A stretch of 64,000 nucleotides of DNA from Eledone cirrhosa (Eukaryota), in assembly GCA_964016885.1 (NCBI GenBank), contig OZ024741.1:226610001-226674000 (forward strand). Reading direction: 5' to 3'. The translations under genes and the position numbers were made by a program. The first letter of the stretch is position 1; each line of letters opens with the position of its first letter. Shown piece after piece: positions 29,053 through 42,223 of the stretch. Below the pieces are notes generated by a model. The model had not been told where the DNA came from. It was given only the letters and a program-made list of their open reading frames with translations, and did not search any database.

Positions 29053-29356
29053 AGATCAAAAGATGGTTAAAGGAGTTCCATATATTTTATTATGCGCATT
29101 TCAAAAACAAACATCATCAAGCAATAATATTTGTGTTTTCATCAGATAAAACAGGAGAACATGATATGAAGGCTAAAAAACACTTGTGGATAGTGCAGTT
29201 TTAAATCAACATCTATATATATATATTGTTATACTTTGGGAGGGTCATGTTGCCAATAAGAAACACACGCACCAGTTGCTTTCACTTCAATTTATTATAT
29301 ATTTATAAATTTCTGGTTGGTTGGTTGGTTCCACAACCAGATAGTTGTTTATATAT

Positions 29357-29401
29357 AGTCATAGTTCTTTCGTCACACACTCTGTGACCTCTTCAGTGAC
29401 T
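29357..29401 (-). ncRNA. Type I hammerhead ribozyme
   Basis: agtca-ctgaaga-ggtcacagagtgtgtgac-gaaag-aa-cta-tgact. Confidence 0.82.
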
Positions 29402-29681
29402 GGGGATTCCTTTCTTTGTTTCTGTGCCTCTCCTTTGTTCGGTCCTACGCCATTTTGTTTGTGTGTGTGTGTTGTGTGCTCAGTCTGCGCATGGGCCACA
29501 TCCGGGTGTCTGTGTGTGTTTACGTTCATTTATCTATTTGTTTATTTACATGTTACTGGTTGGTTGTTTGTTCTATGTATGTGTGTGTTTTCATTTTGTC
29601 CTTAATTGTAAGTTGTGATGTTGCTGTTCCACTCATATTTTCTATTTAATTTTGGTTGTAATTCTTTTGTTTATTCTATTA

Positions 29682-31968
29682 TGCTTCTTGATGAACAAAC
29701 AGAAGCACAATTTAGTATAGCTAGATCTGAACTTAGAAATATTATAGAACAGTATAGCAAGAAGCATAATAGAATGGAGGCCCAGCAACTGGGAGAAAAA
29801 TCTGCAAATGGCTTGCGTAAGCTCATGCAGCGCTCACGTAATGGAGAGATAGCATGCTTTCCAACAGACAAGTCTGGCAGAATGTCGGTTGACAGCCTGC
29901 CAAACTACATCCAGGCAATGCAACCCCACATCACTAACACAAGAGAGGTAACACCACAGGAGCATGAGGATAGAGAAAAAGCCCTCAATGCCCATATGGT
30001 GATGTGGACGAATATAATGCAGCCCAACAAAAGGACTGCCAACAACTTCCAGGCCTGGAACAATGACGTGCCGGCGTTGTATGGGCTTCGAAAAGACCAT
30101 AAAACGGGCTGTGACCCTGTCGCGGGACCACCAACACGGCCAGTCTGTGGAGCTAACATTGCTAGTAATTACAGACTGTCCTACTTCCTCTCCCTGATCA
30201 TACGCCCCATCATTGAAATGTCCCCAGATGTATGTGACAGCACGGAGGACCTCCTCAGCAGAATCGGCGTGAGTAACCGATCTGGGGACCTAACAAACTG
30301 CATAATAGGCAGTATGGATGTTGTGTCCCTGTATCCATCTATTGACGTGGATTTTGCTGTGGAGAAATGCGTAGAAATGATCAGTGAGAGCAAGGTTGAG
30401 TTCCGTGGGATTGATACCAGTGAGCTGGGACTCCTACTTAAGCTTACCTATAGTAATAGTTACCTAGACACTTATGACCTTAGCAACCTGTGCCCTACAA
30501 GACCAGCAAGAGGCAGACCACCTACCATTACCTCAATGGCCAAGAAAACCCACACAGTTAGATGGAACGGGTGGACCAGAGCCATATGGACACCCGAAAA
30601 CCACGATGAACTGAAGAAAATGATTGCACATGCGGTAGGGGCCAGCATAAAACTAACCCTTAAGGAACATATGTTCAAATTTAATGGAAAAACATATGCC
30701 CAAGAGGAAGGAGCAGCCATTGGTGTTAGCATTGCAGGCGACATAGCTAACTTATTCATGGTATGGTGGGACAGTAGACTTAAAATTAAACTTACAGAAC
30801 AATTAGAAGACCCCTTAACCCTGATAATGTACTCCCGCTACGTAGATGATATAAACATCGTAGTTAAGACACCCCCACTAGAGAACAGTCAGGAACTAGA
30901 GAAAAACACAATGGAAAGCATCCAGCAAATAGCAAACTCCATCCACCAGAGCATTAGAGTTACTATAGACTACCCAAGTAAACACCCCAACCATCGATTA
31001 CCTGTACTAGACACAGAGCTCTGGTTAGATACCGTTAACAACAAAAAACAAATCCTCCATTCCCATTATGCCAAACCCATGACTTTCAAACATCTGATCC
31101 ACCGAAACTCGGCCATTTCGGACCATACCAAAATCAACATACTGATTGCGGATTTGGTACGGGTGATGAGAAATGTGTCCCGCATGTGCAACCCCGAAGA
31201 ACTAGAGAGACACATACAACACTTCATCCACCGTATGCAGTTCTCTGGCTACAATCAGAGAGATAGAATCAGAGTGTATAGAGGAGCCAGAACCAAATGG
31301 GAAAAAATGGTAAATAATGACATAAATGGGACCTGCCCCTTGTATAGGAGCAAATTTTGGAATAGAATAGAAAGAACTAGGAACAAGGCTAATAGAATAA
31401 ACTCATGGTATGATAGCAATAAATACCAGAGTGTAATGTTCATCGATACAACCCCTAGAGGTGAACTACCTTACAAATTTAGAAGGGCCCTAAATAAACA
31501 TAAACTCAATATTAAGATAGTAGAAAGACCAGGTACCTCCGTAAAAACACTTATTAGCAAGACATACCCTTTTCAAAGACCCTCATGTATAGATAAGAAA
31601 TGTGTAACCTGTAAAATAAGCCCCCATATTAACTGTAAAACTAGAAATGTAGTGTATAGCATAAGATGTACTGAAGGACAATGTAGAGACAAAAATATAG
31701 TGTACATAGGTGAGATAGCTCGTAGTGTAGGGGAACGGATAAATTAACACTGGCGAGACCTTCAAGATAATAAAGAATCATCTGTACTCTACCAACATGC
31801 TAAGATAGAACACAAGGGTAAATTAGAGAACATAGAAATAAAAATAGAATCTACAAACAGAAAAGACGCAATGTTTAGACAAATTACAGAGGCAATAAAC
31901 ATAAAAGAATTACAACCAAAATTAAATAGAAAATATGAGTGGAACAGCAACATCACAACTTACAATTA
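29682..31968 (+). pseudogene. PLE reverse transcriptase plus GIY-YIG endonuclease, 5'-truncated, one premature stop
   Basis: TDKSG, MDVVSLYPSI, GAAIG, RYVDD, LPVLD, CIDKKCVTC, NVVYSIRC, VYIGE; TAA at 31745-31747 (RIN*HW), frame continues RQITEA..LNRKYEW. Confidence 0.92.
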
Positions 31969-32169
31969 AGGACAAAATGAAAACACACACACACATAGAA
32001 CAAACAACCAACCAGTAACATGTAAATAAACAAATAGATAAATGAACATAAACACACACAGACACCCGGATGTGGCGCATGCGCAGACTGAGCACACAAC
32101 ACACACACACAAACAAAATGGCGTAGGACAGAACAAAGGAGAGGCACAGAAACAAGGAAAGGAATCCCG

Positions 32170-32214
32170 ACTCACTGAAGAGGTCACAGAGTGTGTGACG
32201 AAAGAACTATGACT
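32170..32214 (+). ncRNA. Type I hammerhead ribozyme (second arm)
   Basis: actca-ctgaaga-ggtcacagagtgtgtgac-gaaag-aa-cta-tgact. Confidence 0.8.
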
Positions 32215-32550
32215 ATATATAAACAACTATCTGGTTGTGGAACCAACCAACCAACCAGAAATTTATAAATTTGTAAATTTATAAATATATAATAAATTGA
32301 AGTGAAAGCAACTGGTGCGTGTGTTTCTTATTGGCAACATGACCCTCCCAAAGTATAACAATATCGGTTTCAACACACGATTTCAGATAAAGAATCTTGC
32401 TAAACAAATTCAGAAACGAAATATATATATATATATATATGGACGTAGACAAGTCCCCAGCAGGACTAAAAACCCACGTCCGTGATGCTCATGCTTAAGT
32501 ATCAAGTGATGGCATTACTCGAAATCGAGTTCGAGCCATCATCATCATCA

Positions 32551-32638
<88 letters not shown>

Positions 32639-32824
32639 ATATACTGGAATATATTTATTATTTAGAAGTTAAGTTTTCACTCACTTCCTATTTTAAACTT
32701 TTATTCTTGGCGATACGACACCCTTAAAAAAAACAGAGCGAAATCCAAAGATAGATTGTGCTGTTTGGCAGGAATAAGCTTCGATCACCAATGTTTGTTC
32801 GATTTGATTGGTCCTATATACAAT

Positions 32825-32914
<90 letters not shown>

Positions 32915-33056
32915 ATTTCTCTCAACCTATCTATCTCTCATAATGTGTATGTAGCTATATATTAAGTTAACTCTGCACTATATATATACGTATGTAGATA
33001 TAAATCTATCGCGCGCACCACACACACAGTGTGGAGGGCAAAAATAATGGTGTAAA

Positions 33057-33238
33057 TAATTGTTTCTACTTTAGGCACAAGGCCAGCAATTTCCCAGTAC
33101 ATTACTGGTACTTTATTTTATCAACTCCGTAAGGATGAAAGGCAAAGTTAACCTCGGCGGGATTTGAACTCAGAATGGCAAGGGCCGTAACTCTATGCGT
33201 CAAAGCATGGCGTCCAACCCTCTACCGATACTGCCAAT
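33057..33238 (-). mobile_element. tRNA-derived SINE
   Basis: Close match to 8841-9024. Confidence 0.85.
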
Positions 33239-33375
33239 AGTGTGTACTAGGTGCTAACATTTCGAAGCGACAGATTGAACTCAATACATATGTAGAGTTG
33301 CGAGGATCACGTCTAGAATGAAGCGACTAATCACTGTGGGTATTGAATTTTCAAATACCAATAATTGTTCCCCGC

Positions 33376-33836
<461 letters not shown>

Positions 33837-33949
33837 AATAGTTCCACAACAGTTAGTTCAACATACCGAGAACAAATGTTTCACCTTATTCGGATCCTCA
33901 GCTCTGTCTAAAATATATATATATTTGTATACATACGTAGCTATATATA

Positions 33950-34024
33950 CAGGATGTCCCCAAAAATGTATACACACTTTAAATACCATTCTGATATGTG
34001 TGTACAATTTTTGGGGACAGCTTG
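33950..34024. mobile_element. Tc1/mariner-type MITE
   Basis: TA-caggatgtccccaaaaatgtatacac..gtgtacaatttttggggacagcttg-TA. Confidence 0.75.
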
Positions 34025-34042
34025 TATATATATATAGAGAGA

Positions 34043-34116
<74 letters not shown>

Positions 34117-34164
34117 TAGAGATTTACATAAATGCATACAAACACACCCACACATTTATATATA

Positions 34165-36052
34165 TATACCGACTCCCACTCCTACCACTCCACCGCACCA
34201 TCCTCCGCCTCTTACGACGCCTCCACACATCTTCCTATCCTCATCCCTCCTTCAAACGCGCACGCAATCTCCGCACCCCCTCGTCCGTACCCCCCCCCCC
34301 CCCCGGATCCCTTCCCTGCTCCAGGTCTCGTTGCCACACTTGCCCCCCAATCACCAACACCACCCCCTTCCAACGGCCACTCTCTCTCTGTCCGGCACGC
34401 CTTCCGCTGCACCTCCTCCAACCTAGTCTATGGACTTCGCTGCACGGAGTTCAGCGCAACATACGTCGGGCAGACTGGACGTCGCCTGGCGGACCGTTTC
34501 ATTGTGTACCTCCGCGATATTCGTCCCGACGGGAGTCCCGCATCGCCTGCCACTTTGGCTCCCCTGGGCATTCCGCCCACCACCTCACAGTCTGTAGCCT
34601 ACTCAAATGCCATGGAACACCCGCCACCCGACTCATGGCCTCAACTCCCCACCCCTATTCCTTTAGCCTTCGACCAGCCTGTCCCCCCACACACATATCT
34701 CCCACTAACACCACTAACACCACTAACACACTCCTCCTTTTCACCGCCCCACCCCCTTGGTCCACCCCACAGCTAACAATACTAACACCCCCACCCCACC
34801 CGCCACCCGCCCCAATTAACAATACTAACATCCCCACCCCTCCCCCTATCACGCACACACCCACCTGTATATATATACACGCACTACACTATCCACACAC
34901 CCTATAACCACTACTAACCCTCACCCACACATCCACTCCAACCACCCCACAACTAGTATCACTAACATCCCCCGACCACATGCACACGAACACACACCTT
35001 CACACCTACATACACCACCCACTCCACACACCCAACCCCCACTAACCCCCACTTACTCACCCGCATTCAACCCTTTCCCCCACCACCAGTATACTAACAC
35101 CCACTAACACCCCTTTACCACACACACACTCATCCAAACACGCACACACACACCAGTACACTACACTCCCTCCTCCGTCCCCAGCACCTTTTCTCTCCCT
35201 CTCCCTCTACCCGCTCCACCTATACCCGTTCACACACACACATCCCACTAACACCTCTACTAATACACACCCCATCCCCCCACATCACCAACTTGACCCT
35301 GTGACCACTTCCTGTTGCGCACGAACCCCACATCTCTCCACTTCCGACCACCACAACCAATGGATTCCACACAACCGGTCATCGTTCCAGCTATCCACTC
35401 CATAACATGAACATATCCAGTACTCATCGCACACTCCACGGAACTTACCTTACGAACTTACCCACGGTCATACACTCACATTTTTTTCGAACCACGCCAC
35501 CTACACCCACACCACGTATAAACACCAACACACACGTGCGTACCCCCACATATACACACTCAGCCTCCATCTACACGCACGCACACACCGACCTACACCA
35601 CACCCCACGCACACACCTTTTCCTGAACATGGAACCTCGTTCTTCCCCCAACTCTCACATTCACATACACACGCACACACACACGTACACCTATACACAT
35701 ACACAAACACCACCTTCAGCCCTCCCCGCTCAGACCCCCCGCTTCCCCCTCCCAAATCCACCCGCCACCACCCCTACACGCCTCACACCCTTCCTCCACT
35801 TGTTTATCTTTATGTTTATTTTTATTTGTACCCCTTCCACCGTTTTTCCTCCCTTTTCTCCCCCCTCTTTTTTCTAAATGTCTCTCCACCACTGCCCCAC
35901 ACACCCTCGGAACTCTCTTCCTACCCACTTTTCTCTTGTTGAAGGGCTTATGCCCGAAACGTCGTTCCCCACCCACCTCACTCTCAAGACCGTCAACCTA
36001 ATAAACTTTTATTTGTACTGCCTCTCTGTTTTTGTTCCCGTACAAGTTTTCA
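34165..36052 (+). mobile_element. Decayed Neptune-like PLE 3' part with C-rich UTR
   Basis: TDSHSY, FRCTSSNLVYGLRC..YVGQTGRRLADRF; degenerate hammerhead ttgttga-agggcttatgccc-gaaac-gtc at 35936-35963. Confidence 0.85.
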
Positions 36053-36053
36053 C

Positions 36054-36161
<108 letters not shown>

Positions 36162-36223
36162 CGCGTATGTGTTAATGAATTAACAGTTAGACTTATCATT
36201 GCATTACCATTATTTTCGTAAAC

Positions 36224-36284
36224 ATATATGTTTAAGACTACTCTAAACCAAGGATAGGAGAAACTCTTAATATATTGTTTGTGA

Positions 36285-36318
<34 letters not shown>

Positions 36319-36378
36319 TCACAAACAATATATTAAGAGTTTCTCCTATCCTTGGTTTCAGTAGTCTTAAACATATAT
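36224..36378. repeat. Palindrome with ~65 bp arms centred on (TA)n
   Basis: gtttaagactac..tgtgagga-(ta)n-tcctcaca..gtagtcttaaac. Confidence 0.92.
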
Positions 36379-36416
36379 ATATATATGTGGGGGGGGGGTA
36401 TTATACATTTTCCCCT

Positions 36417-36417
<1 letters not shown>

Positions 36418-36456
<39 letters not shown>

Positions 36457-36463
36457 CAGCAAT

Positions 36464-36494
<31 letters not shown>

Positions 36495-36764
36495 GCGGAA
36501 GAAGAAGAAGAAGAAGACGAAGAAGAAGAAGAAGAAGAAGAAGAAGAAGAAGAAGAAGAAGAAGAAGAAGAAGAAGAAGAAGAAGAAGAAGAACTGTACC
36601 TTTCGTTGCAAAAGAAAAAGAAATCAATATATTTTCATTCAAAAACAACATTAACTAAAGATACTCTCTTTCTTCTATCTATCTTTACTTTCTTCTACTT
36701 CGGCTTCTTCCATTTCTTTATTTTTCATTTATTCCTTCTTCATTACTTCTTCTTCTTCTTCTTC

Positions 36765-36829
<65 letters not shown>

Positions 36830-36830
36830 G
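36418..36830. repeat. Compound trinucleotide microsatellite (TAG, CAG, GAA, TTC, TTA)
   Basis: Directly visible. Confidence 0.95.
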
Positions 36831-37142
36831 TTCTTTGAGTCTCAGTCATTGATGTTAGTTAACTGGAAAGTTTGTTGAAATGAATATCAAGCCACTACCT
36901 GCAGCCTCATATATTCAGGACGTATCGGAAGGTTCTTGCTGTTCCCAGCAAGCATGCCTTTTGAAGCGTTCCAAAAAGCGTAGCGGGGCCAATTTTCTTT
37001 AACCATCCCTGGAAACCTTTTGAGATAGTACCTAGTGCGCCTATGACAATCGGGACCACTTTGACTTCATGGCAGTTCCAAATCCTTTTTACCTCCCACT
37101 TTAAGTCCTGGTATCGGTTAATTTTCTCCCTCTCGTGTCGAA
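36830..37142 (-). mobile_element. 3' end of an R4/Dong-like LINE (restriction-like endonuclease C-terminus)
   Basis: EKINRYQDLKWEVKRIWNCHEVKVVPIVIGALG..LQKACLLGTARTFR; (TTA)n on both sides. Confidence 0.88.
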
Positions 37143-37216
<74 letters not shown>

Positions 37217-37317
37217 GAGGTCGATAAAATAAAGTACCAGTAATGTACTGGGTATTTGCTGGCCTTGTGCCAAAAGTAGAAACAATTATTATTATTATTA
37301 CTATTATTATTATTACT

Positions 37318-37377
<60 letters not shown>

Positions 37378-37759
37378 ATCCTTCATCTTTCTCTTCTATT
37401 TCCATGATACAGAACCTCAATTGCTGCTTTGATATTCTTTCCAATAACAATTCATTTTGCTATCACGATATTATGATCCGCTCCTTAGATTTCACTACAA
37501 AAATTAATCTGTGCCGGTGTGGCGTCTTTGATAATGTCTTATCGATTTAGTGTTGTATGTGAAAGAAAGAAAAGAACAGACATGCCGATATTGCTTGGCA
37601 AATTGCTATCATATTTAGAATATTAGTTCAACACTGAAACATCATTGATAAAGAAGCTAAATACAGAAAGGTGGAAAAGTCATATCATGTTATAAGTCTG
37701 ACACTATTGATAGAATACATTTGTCATGTAGGTGAAGGAATACTAACAGACTGAACGAG

Positions 37760-38110
37760 ACTGGCTGTGGTTAACATGATAATAATTATTGAGATCTGGT
37801 GCTAGACCTCCGTCAATTCCGACTACAGCTATTCCAGATGTTTCGATCAATAGAACAGTTTGCTCATGAAATGAACGTGTAAGTGACTAAACATTTGAAA
37901 GACACGTGTACCGTAGTTCTCAGTGAGAATCAACCTGACGCAGAGGATGACAAGGTTGGCTCTTTGAATTACAAATGAAACTCATTTTTGTCAGCTGAGT
38001 CGACTGGAGCAGCGTGAAATAACGTATCTTTTTCAAGAACACAACGCGTCATCGGGAACCAAACTGGCGATCTTACGATCCTGAGACGAACTCCCTAAAC
38101 ATTAAGCCAT
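37760..38110 (-). mobile_element. CORE-like tRNA-derived SINE
   Basis: Minus strand tggcttaatgtttag..gttgtgttcttgaaaaagatacgttatttcacgctgctccagtcgactcagctg. Confidence 0.65.
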
Positions 38111-38144
38111 TCTGCTTCGATTATCATGATTATTATCGGAATGA

Positions 38145-38560
38145 GAGCGGCGGATCGGCAGTATCGGTATCACGTCAGACAATATTGTTAGCCGCATAGA
38201 GTTACGACCCTTTACGTTCTGAGTTCAAATCCCGCCAATGTTAGCTTTACCTTACGATGTCGATAAAATTACATCAGTATCGAACTGGGGTTGATTTAAT
38301 CAATTTCCTCAACACTTTTAATTGCTGGCATTGTGCCAAATGTTGAGACAATTATTATTATTAGGGGGATGCATTGACAGTATCGGTGGAGGGTCGGACG
38401 CCATGCTTTCCAACATAGAGTTATGTCCTTTTACTGTCTGAGTTCAAATCCCGTCGAGGTTAACTTTGCCTTTCATCCTTTCGGGGTCGATAAAATAAAG
38501 TACCAGTAATGCACTGGGATAATTGGTGGCCTTGTGCCAAAAGTAGAAACAATTATTATT
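38145..38560 (+). mobile_element. Two adjacent tRNA-derived SINEs (38145-38360, 38364-38560)
   Basis: gagttcaaatcc B boxes, gtcgataaaat, tgtgccaaa..acaattattatt tails. Confidence 0.85.
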
Positions 38561-38819
38561 AGGATTTAATAACGAGAGAATTGTTACAATGCTCTTGTAC
38601 AATGTGAACGGATAGTATTGGTATCAGTGACACCGAACTAATAATTGGGTTTTCAAGTTATATTAATGGCAATCAGTGTAATACGGTAGATGTATTTGAA
38701 TATTAATATATATATAGAGTGAGAGGGTGACCCAAAAACAATTGGCTCTGCACTGTGTTTCACTATATATTCATTTTCATGATAATTTATTTATGATACA
38801 AGCTGTATAAACATGATAT

Positions 38820-39630
38820 TATTTACAGTAAAAAGTGACAACTACAATGACGGCAATAATAAAAAAGGGTGGGGGACAAAAGGAAAGAAAGTATAGGGGA
38901 AATATAGAGAAAAAAGAGAGAAAGAAAGAAGATAAAGAACGGGAAGGGTAAGGGGTGGCAAGAGTTCTGGTGTCGCAGAAGAGACGGGAGTGTGAAGAGG
39001 AGGGTGATTGGGCTTTGGGCCTAGGGCAAGAGGGCAGAAGTGCTGCACCCCGTGGACAAGACGGCAAAAGCATTCCCGCGGACGATGGCCAGTGACACCC
39101 GCTGCAACAGCCACCCAATCTTGCGGGGCTCCCTCCTCAGATGGGCCACCGACGCTCCGATCTTGCGGAGGAGCTCGGCAGTACGGGGTCCAAGTACGGC
39201 TGAAGTCTCGTCGGTGTCCGGTGCGAAGAGGAGTTGAGTAAGGTGGAGAATGAATTGGACGATGGATTAGGCGAGGAGAGAATGGCAAGTTAAGGAGACT
39301 TTGGGGAGATCTCTGTCAGAAAACGGATTTAAGAGAGGGTGGAACGGAGGGTCGCCCGCATGAGATGGCGAGAGGAGCGGGTAAGGATTGATTCAGTGGT
39401 GGGAACTGTGTAGGAAGGGGGGGGTTGAGGCGAAACCTGGGGAACGAGGTGGTGGTGAAGACCGGCTGAGAAATGTGACGTCATTGTCATAGCGGATGTT
39501 GATGAAGTGGAGTTTGAGGAGATGCAAAGAAGACTGGATGAAAGTGGGGGGAAAGAGTGGAGGAAACGTTTCGGGGGAAATGGGGCTGGTGGAGGAAATA
39601 TTTGTGATTGGGCATGATACTCTTTCTAAC
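38820..39630 (-). mobile_element. Probable 5' region of a Neptune-like PLE, decayed
   Basis: Minus strand gives YDNDVTFLSR..HHHLVP.GFRL-like text resembling PLE N-termini; C-rich like 34165-36052. Confidence 0.45.
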
Positions 39631-39699
39631 ACATGCTAGCGAGAAAAATAGATGTTGAAACGATGATGACGATGTTGAGAGAGATGAGTATAGGGAGAA

Positions 39700-39860
39700 G
39701 GTGGAGAAGCGAAAACCGGCAATATCGACCCAGGTAATTAACTGGAACTATAGCAAAGCTAAACTCGACGAGATTTGAACACAGAACGTAGGAAGTCGTA
39801 ACTAAATATCTCAAAGCTTTTGTCCCACGCTTTAACGATACTGCCAACCCAACGCCCTAT
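39700..39860 (-). mobile_element. Degenerate SINE
   Basis: gcaaagctaaactcgacgagatttgaacacagaacgta..cgatactgccaa. Confidence 0.65.
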
Positions 39861-39956
39861 TAGTAACTGATAATTGTGTTATTTAAATAATGAATTAAAC
39901 ATTTCTGTAATTTCAACATTAAACTTTAAAACTCGATTATTACTCTAGACTGAATC

Positions 39957-40023
<67 letters not shown>

Positions 40024-40030
40024 AACAAAC

Positions 40031-40065
<35 letters not shown>

Positions 40066-40088
40066 TATATATACATATATATAAATAC

Positions 40089-40159
<71 letters not shown>

Positions 40160-40168
<9 letters not shown>

Positions 40169-42169
40169 CGTAAAATAAGAAAATTAAAAAAAAAATATTT
40201 TTAAAAATTAACATACTTACTTAAATTTTCACTCCAACTAATTAGTTTCTGCAATGGGATAAAGACAGTTACGTAATGAACTGTTGAGAATTTCATTGCG
40301 TCATCAGGGAGGTCTATTCTCAGCCAAGTCTCCAGGCAATGCGCGGACACTGGGGACTCGTATAAAAATGATAATAATTCGGTAAATGGAACAGCTATCG
40401 AGGACTGGATTCCAGGTACTGAAAATTCTCACTGCTACTGGTCATATGGCCGATTCTAAAGAATCAATCACGTGACACAGAGGCTAGTCAGTAGGAATGG
40501 GATGGTAAGATGACAGACGCCTACTAACACCCCCAAAAAATTTAGAAGTGGTTTTGGCAAGTTTGCTCGACAAATCAGTGATTTGGAGATAAATATAGAT
40601 AATTTAATATATCTACTAACATAAGCGCACAGATGTACGCTAATGCCAGCAAATACACAGGTTATGTCATAGTACCTAGGTGGTTCAATGCAGGAGGATG
40701 CAGAACAATAATATAAAAGACGTAAAATAAGAAAATTTAAAAAAAAATTTTTTTTAAATTAACTTACTTACTTAAATTTTCACTCCAACTAATTAGTTTC
40801 TGCAATGGGATAAAGACAGTTACGTAATGAACTGTTGAGAATTTCATTGCGTCATCAGGGAGGTCTATTCTCAGCCAAGTCTCCAGGCAATGCGCGGACA
40901 CTGGGGACTCATATAAAAATGATAATAATTCGGTAAATGGAACAGCTATCGAGGACTGGATTCCAGGTACTGAAAATTCTCACTGCTACTGGTCATATGG
41001 CCGATTCTAAAGAATCAATCACGTGACACAGAGGCTAGTCAGTAGGAATGGGATGGTAAGATGACAGACGCCTACTAACACCCCCCAAAAATTTAGAAGT
41101 GGTTTTGGCAGGTTTGCTCGACAAATCAGTGATTTGGAGATAAATATAGATAATTTAATATATCTACTAACATAAGCGCACAGATGTACGCTAATGCCAG
41201 CAAATACACAGGTTATATTTAGAATCGGCCATATGACCAGTAGCAGTGAGAATTTTCAGCACCTGGAATCCAGTCCTCGATAGCTGTTCCATTTACCGAA
41301 TTATTATCATTTTTATATGAGTCCCCAGTGTCCGCGCATTGCCTGGAGACTTGGCTGAGAATAGACCTCCCTGATGACGCAATGAAATTCTCAACAGTTC
41401 ATTACGTAACTGTCTTTATCCCATTGCAGAAACTAATTAGTTGGAGTGAAAATTTAAGTAAGTTAATTTTTAAAAAATTTTTTTTTAAATTTTCTTATTT
41501 CACGTCTTTTATATTATTGTTCTGCATCCTCCTGCATTGAACCACCTAGGTACCATGACATAACCTGTGTATTTGCTGGCATTAGCGTACATCTGTGCGC
41601 TTATGTTAGTAGATATATTAAATTATCTATATTTATCTCCAAATCACTGATTTGTCGAGCAAACCTGCCAAAACCACTTCTAAATTTTTTGGGGGTGTTA
41701 GTAGGCGTCTGTCATCTTACCATCCCATTCCTACTGACTAGCCTCTGTGTCACGTGATTGATTCTTTAGAATCGGCCATATGACCAGTAGCAGTGAGAAT
41801 TTTCAGTACCTGGAATCCAGTCCTCGATAGCTGTTCCATTTACCGAATTATCATTTTTATATGAGTCCCCAGTGTCCGCACATTGCCTGGAGACTTGGCT
41901 GAGAATAGACCTTCCTGATGACGCAATGAAATTCTCAACAGTTCATTACGTAACTGTCTTTATCCCATTGCAGAAACTAATTAGTTGGAGTGAAAATTTA
42001 AGTAAGTTAATTTTTAAAAAAATTTTTTTTAAATTTTCTTATTTCACGTCTTTTATATTATTGTTCTGCATCCTCCTGCATTGAACCACCTAGGTACCAT
42101 GACATAACCTGTGTATTTGCTGGCATTAGCGTACATCTGTGCGCTTATGTTAGTAGATATATTAAATTA

Positions 42170-42175
<6 letters not shown>
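40160..42175. mobile_element. Head-to-head tandem arrays of a ~550 bp non-coding hammerhead unit
   Basis: About 1.9 minus copies (40160-41216) then about 1.75 plus copies (41218-42175); long (TA)n on both sides. Confidence 0.93.
41367..41446 (+). ncRNA. Hammerhead with extended stem II (copies at 41911-41990 +, 40232-40311 -, 40783-40862 -)
   Basis: ctcc-ctgatga-cgcaatg[..acagtt..aactgt..]cattgca-gaaac-taatta-gtt-ggag. Confidence 0.85.

Positions 42176-42218
<43 letters not shown>

Positions 42219-42223
<5 letters not shown>

Larger units (their letters stand above)
29224..32363 (+). mobile_element. PLE (possibly Nematis-like) with ~450 bp inverted ends
   Basis: 29224-29675 is the reverse complement of about 31895-32363; RT-GIY-YIG ORF lies between. 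Confidence 0.93.

Noticed and set aside
29615-29681. N-terminus of the listed 710 aa ORF
   Set aside because: It derives from the inverted arm, not from true coding sequence
41328-41540. Repeated 70 aa ORF in the 550 bp unit
   Set aside because: GTG start, overlaps the ribozyme and A/T runs, no homology, and the minus-arm copies carry a 4 bp indel
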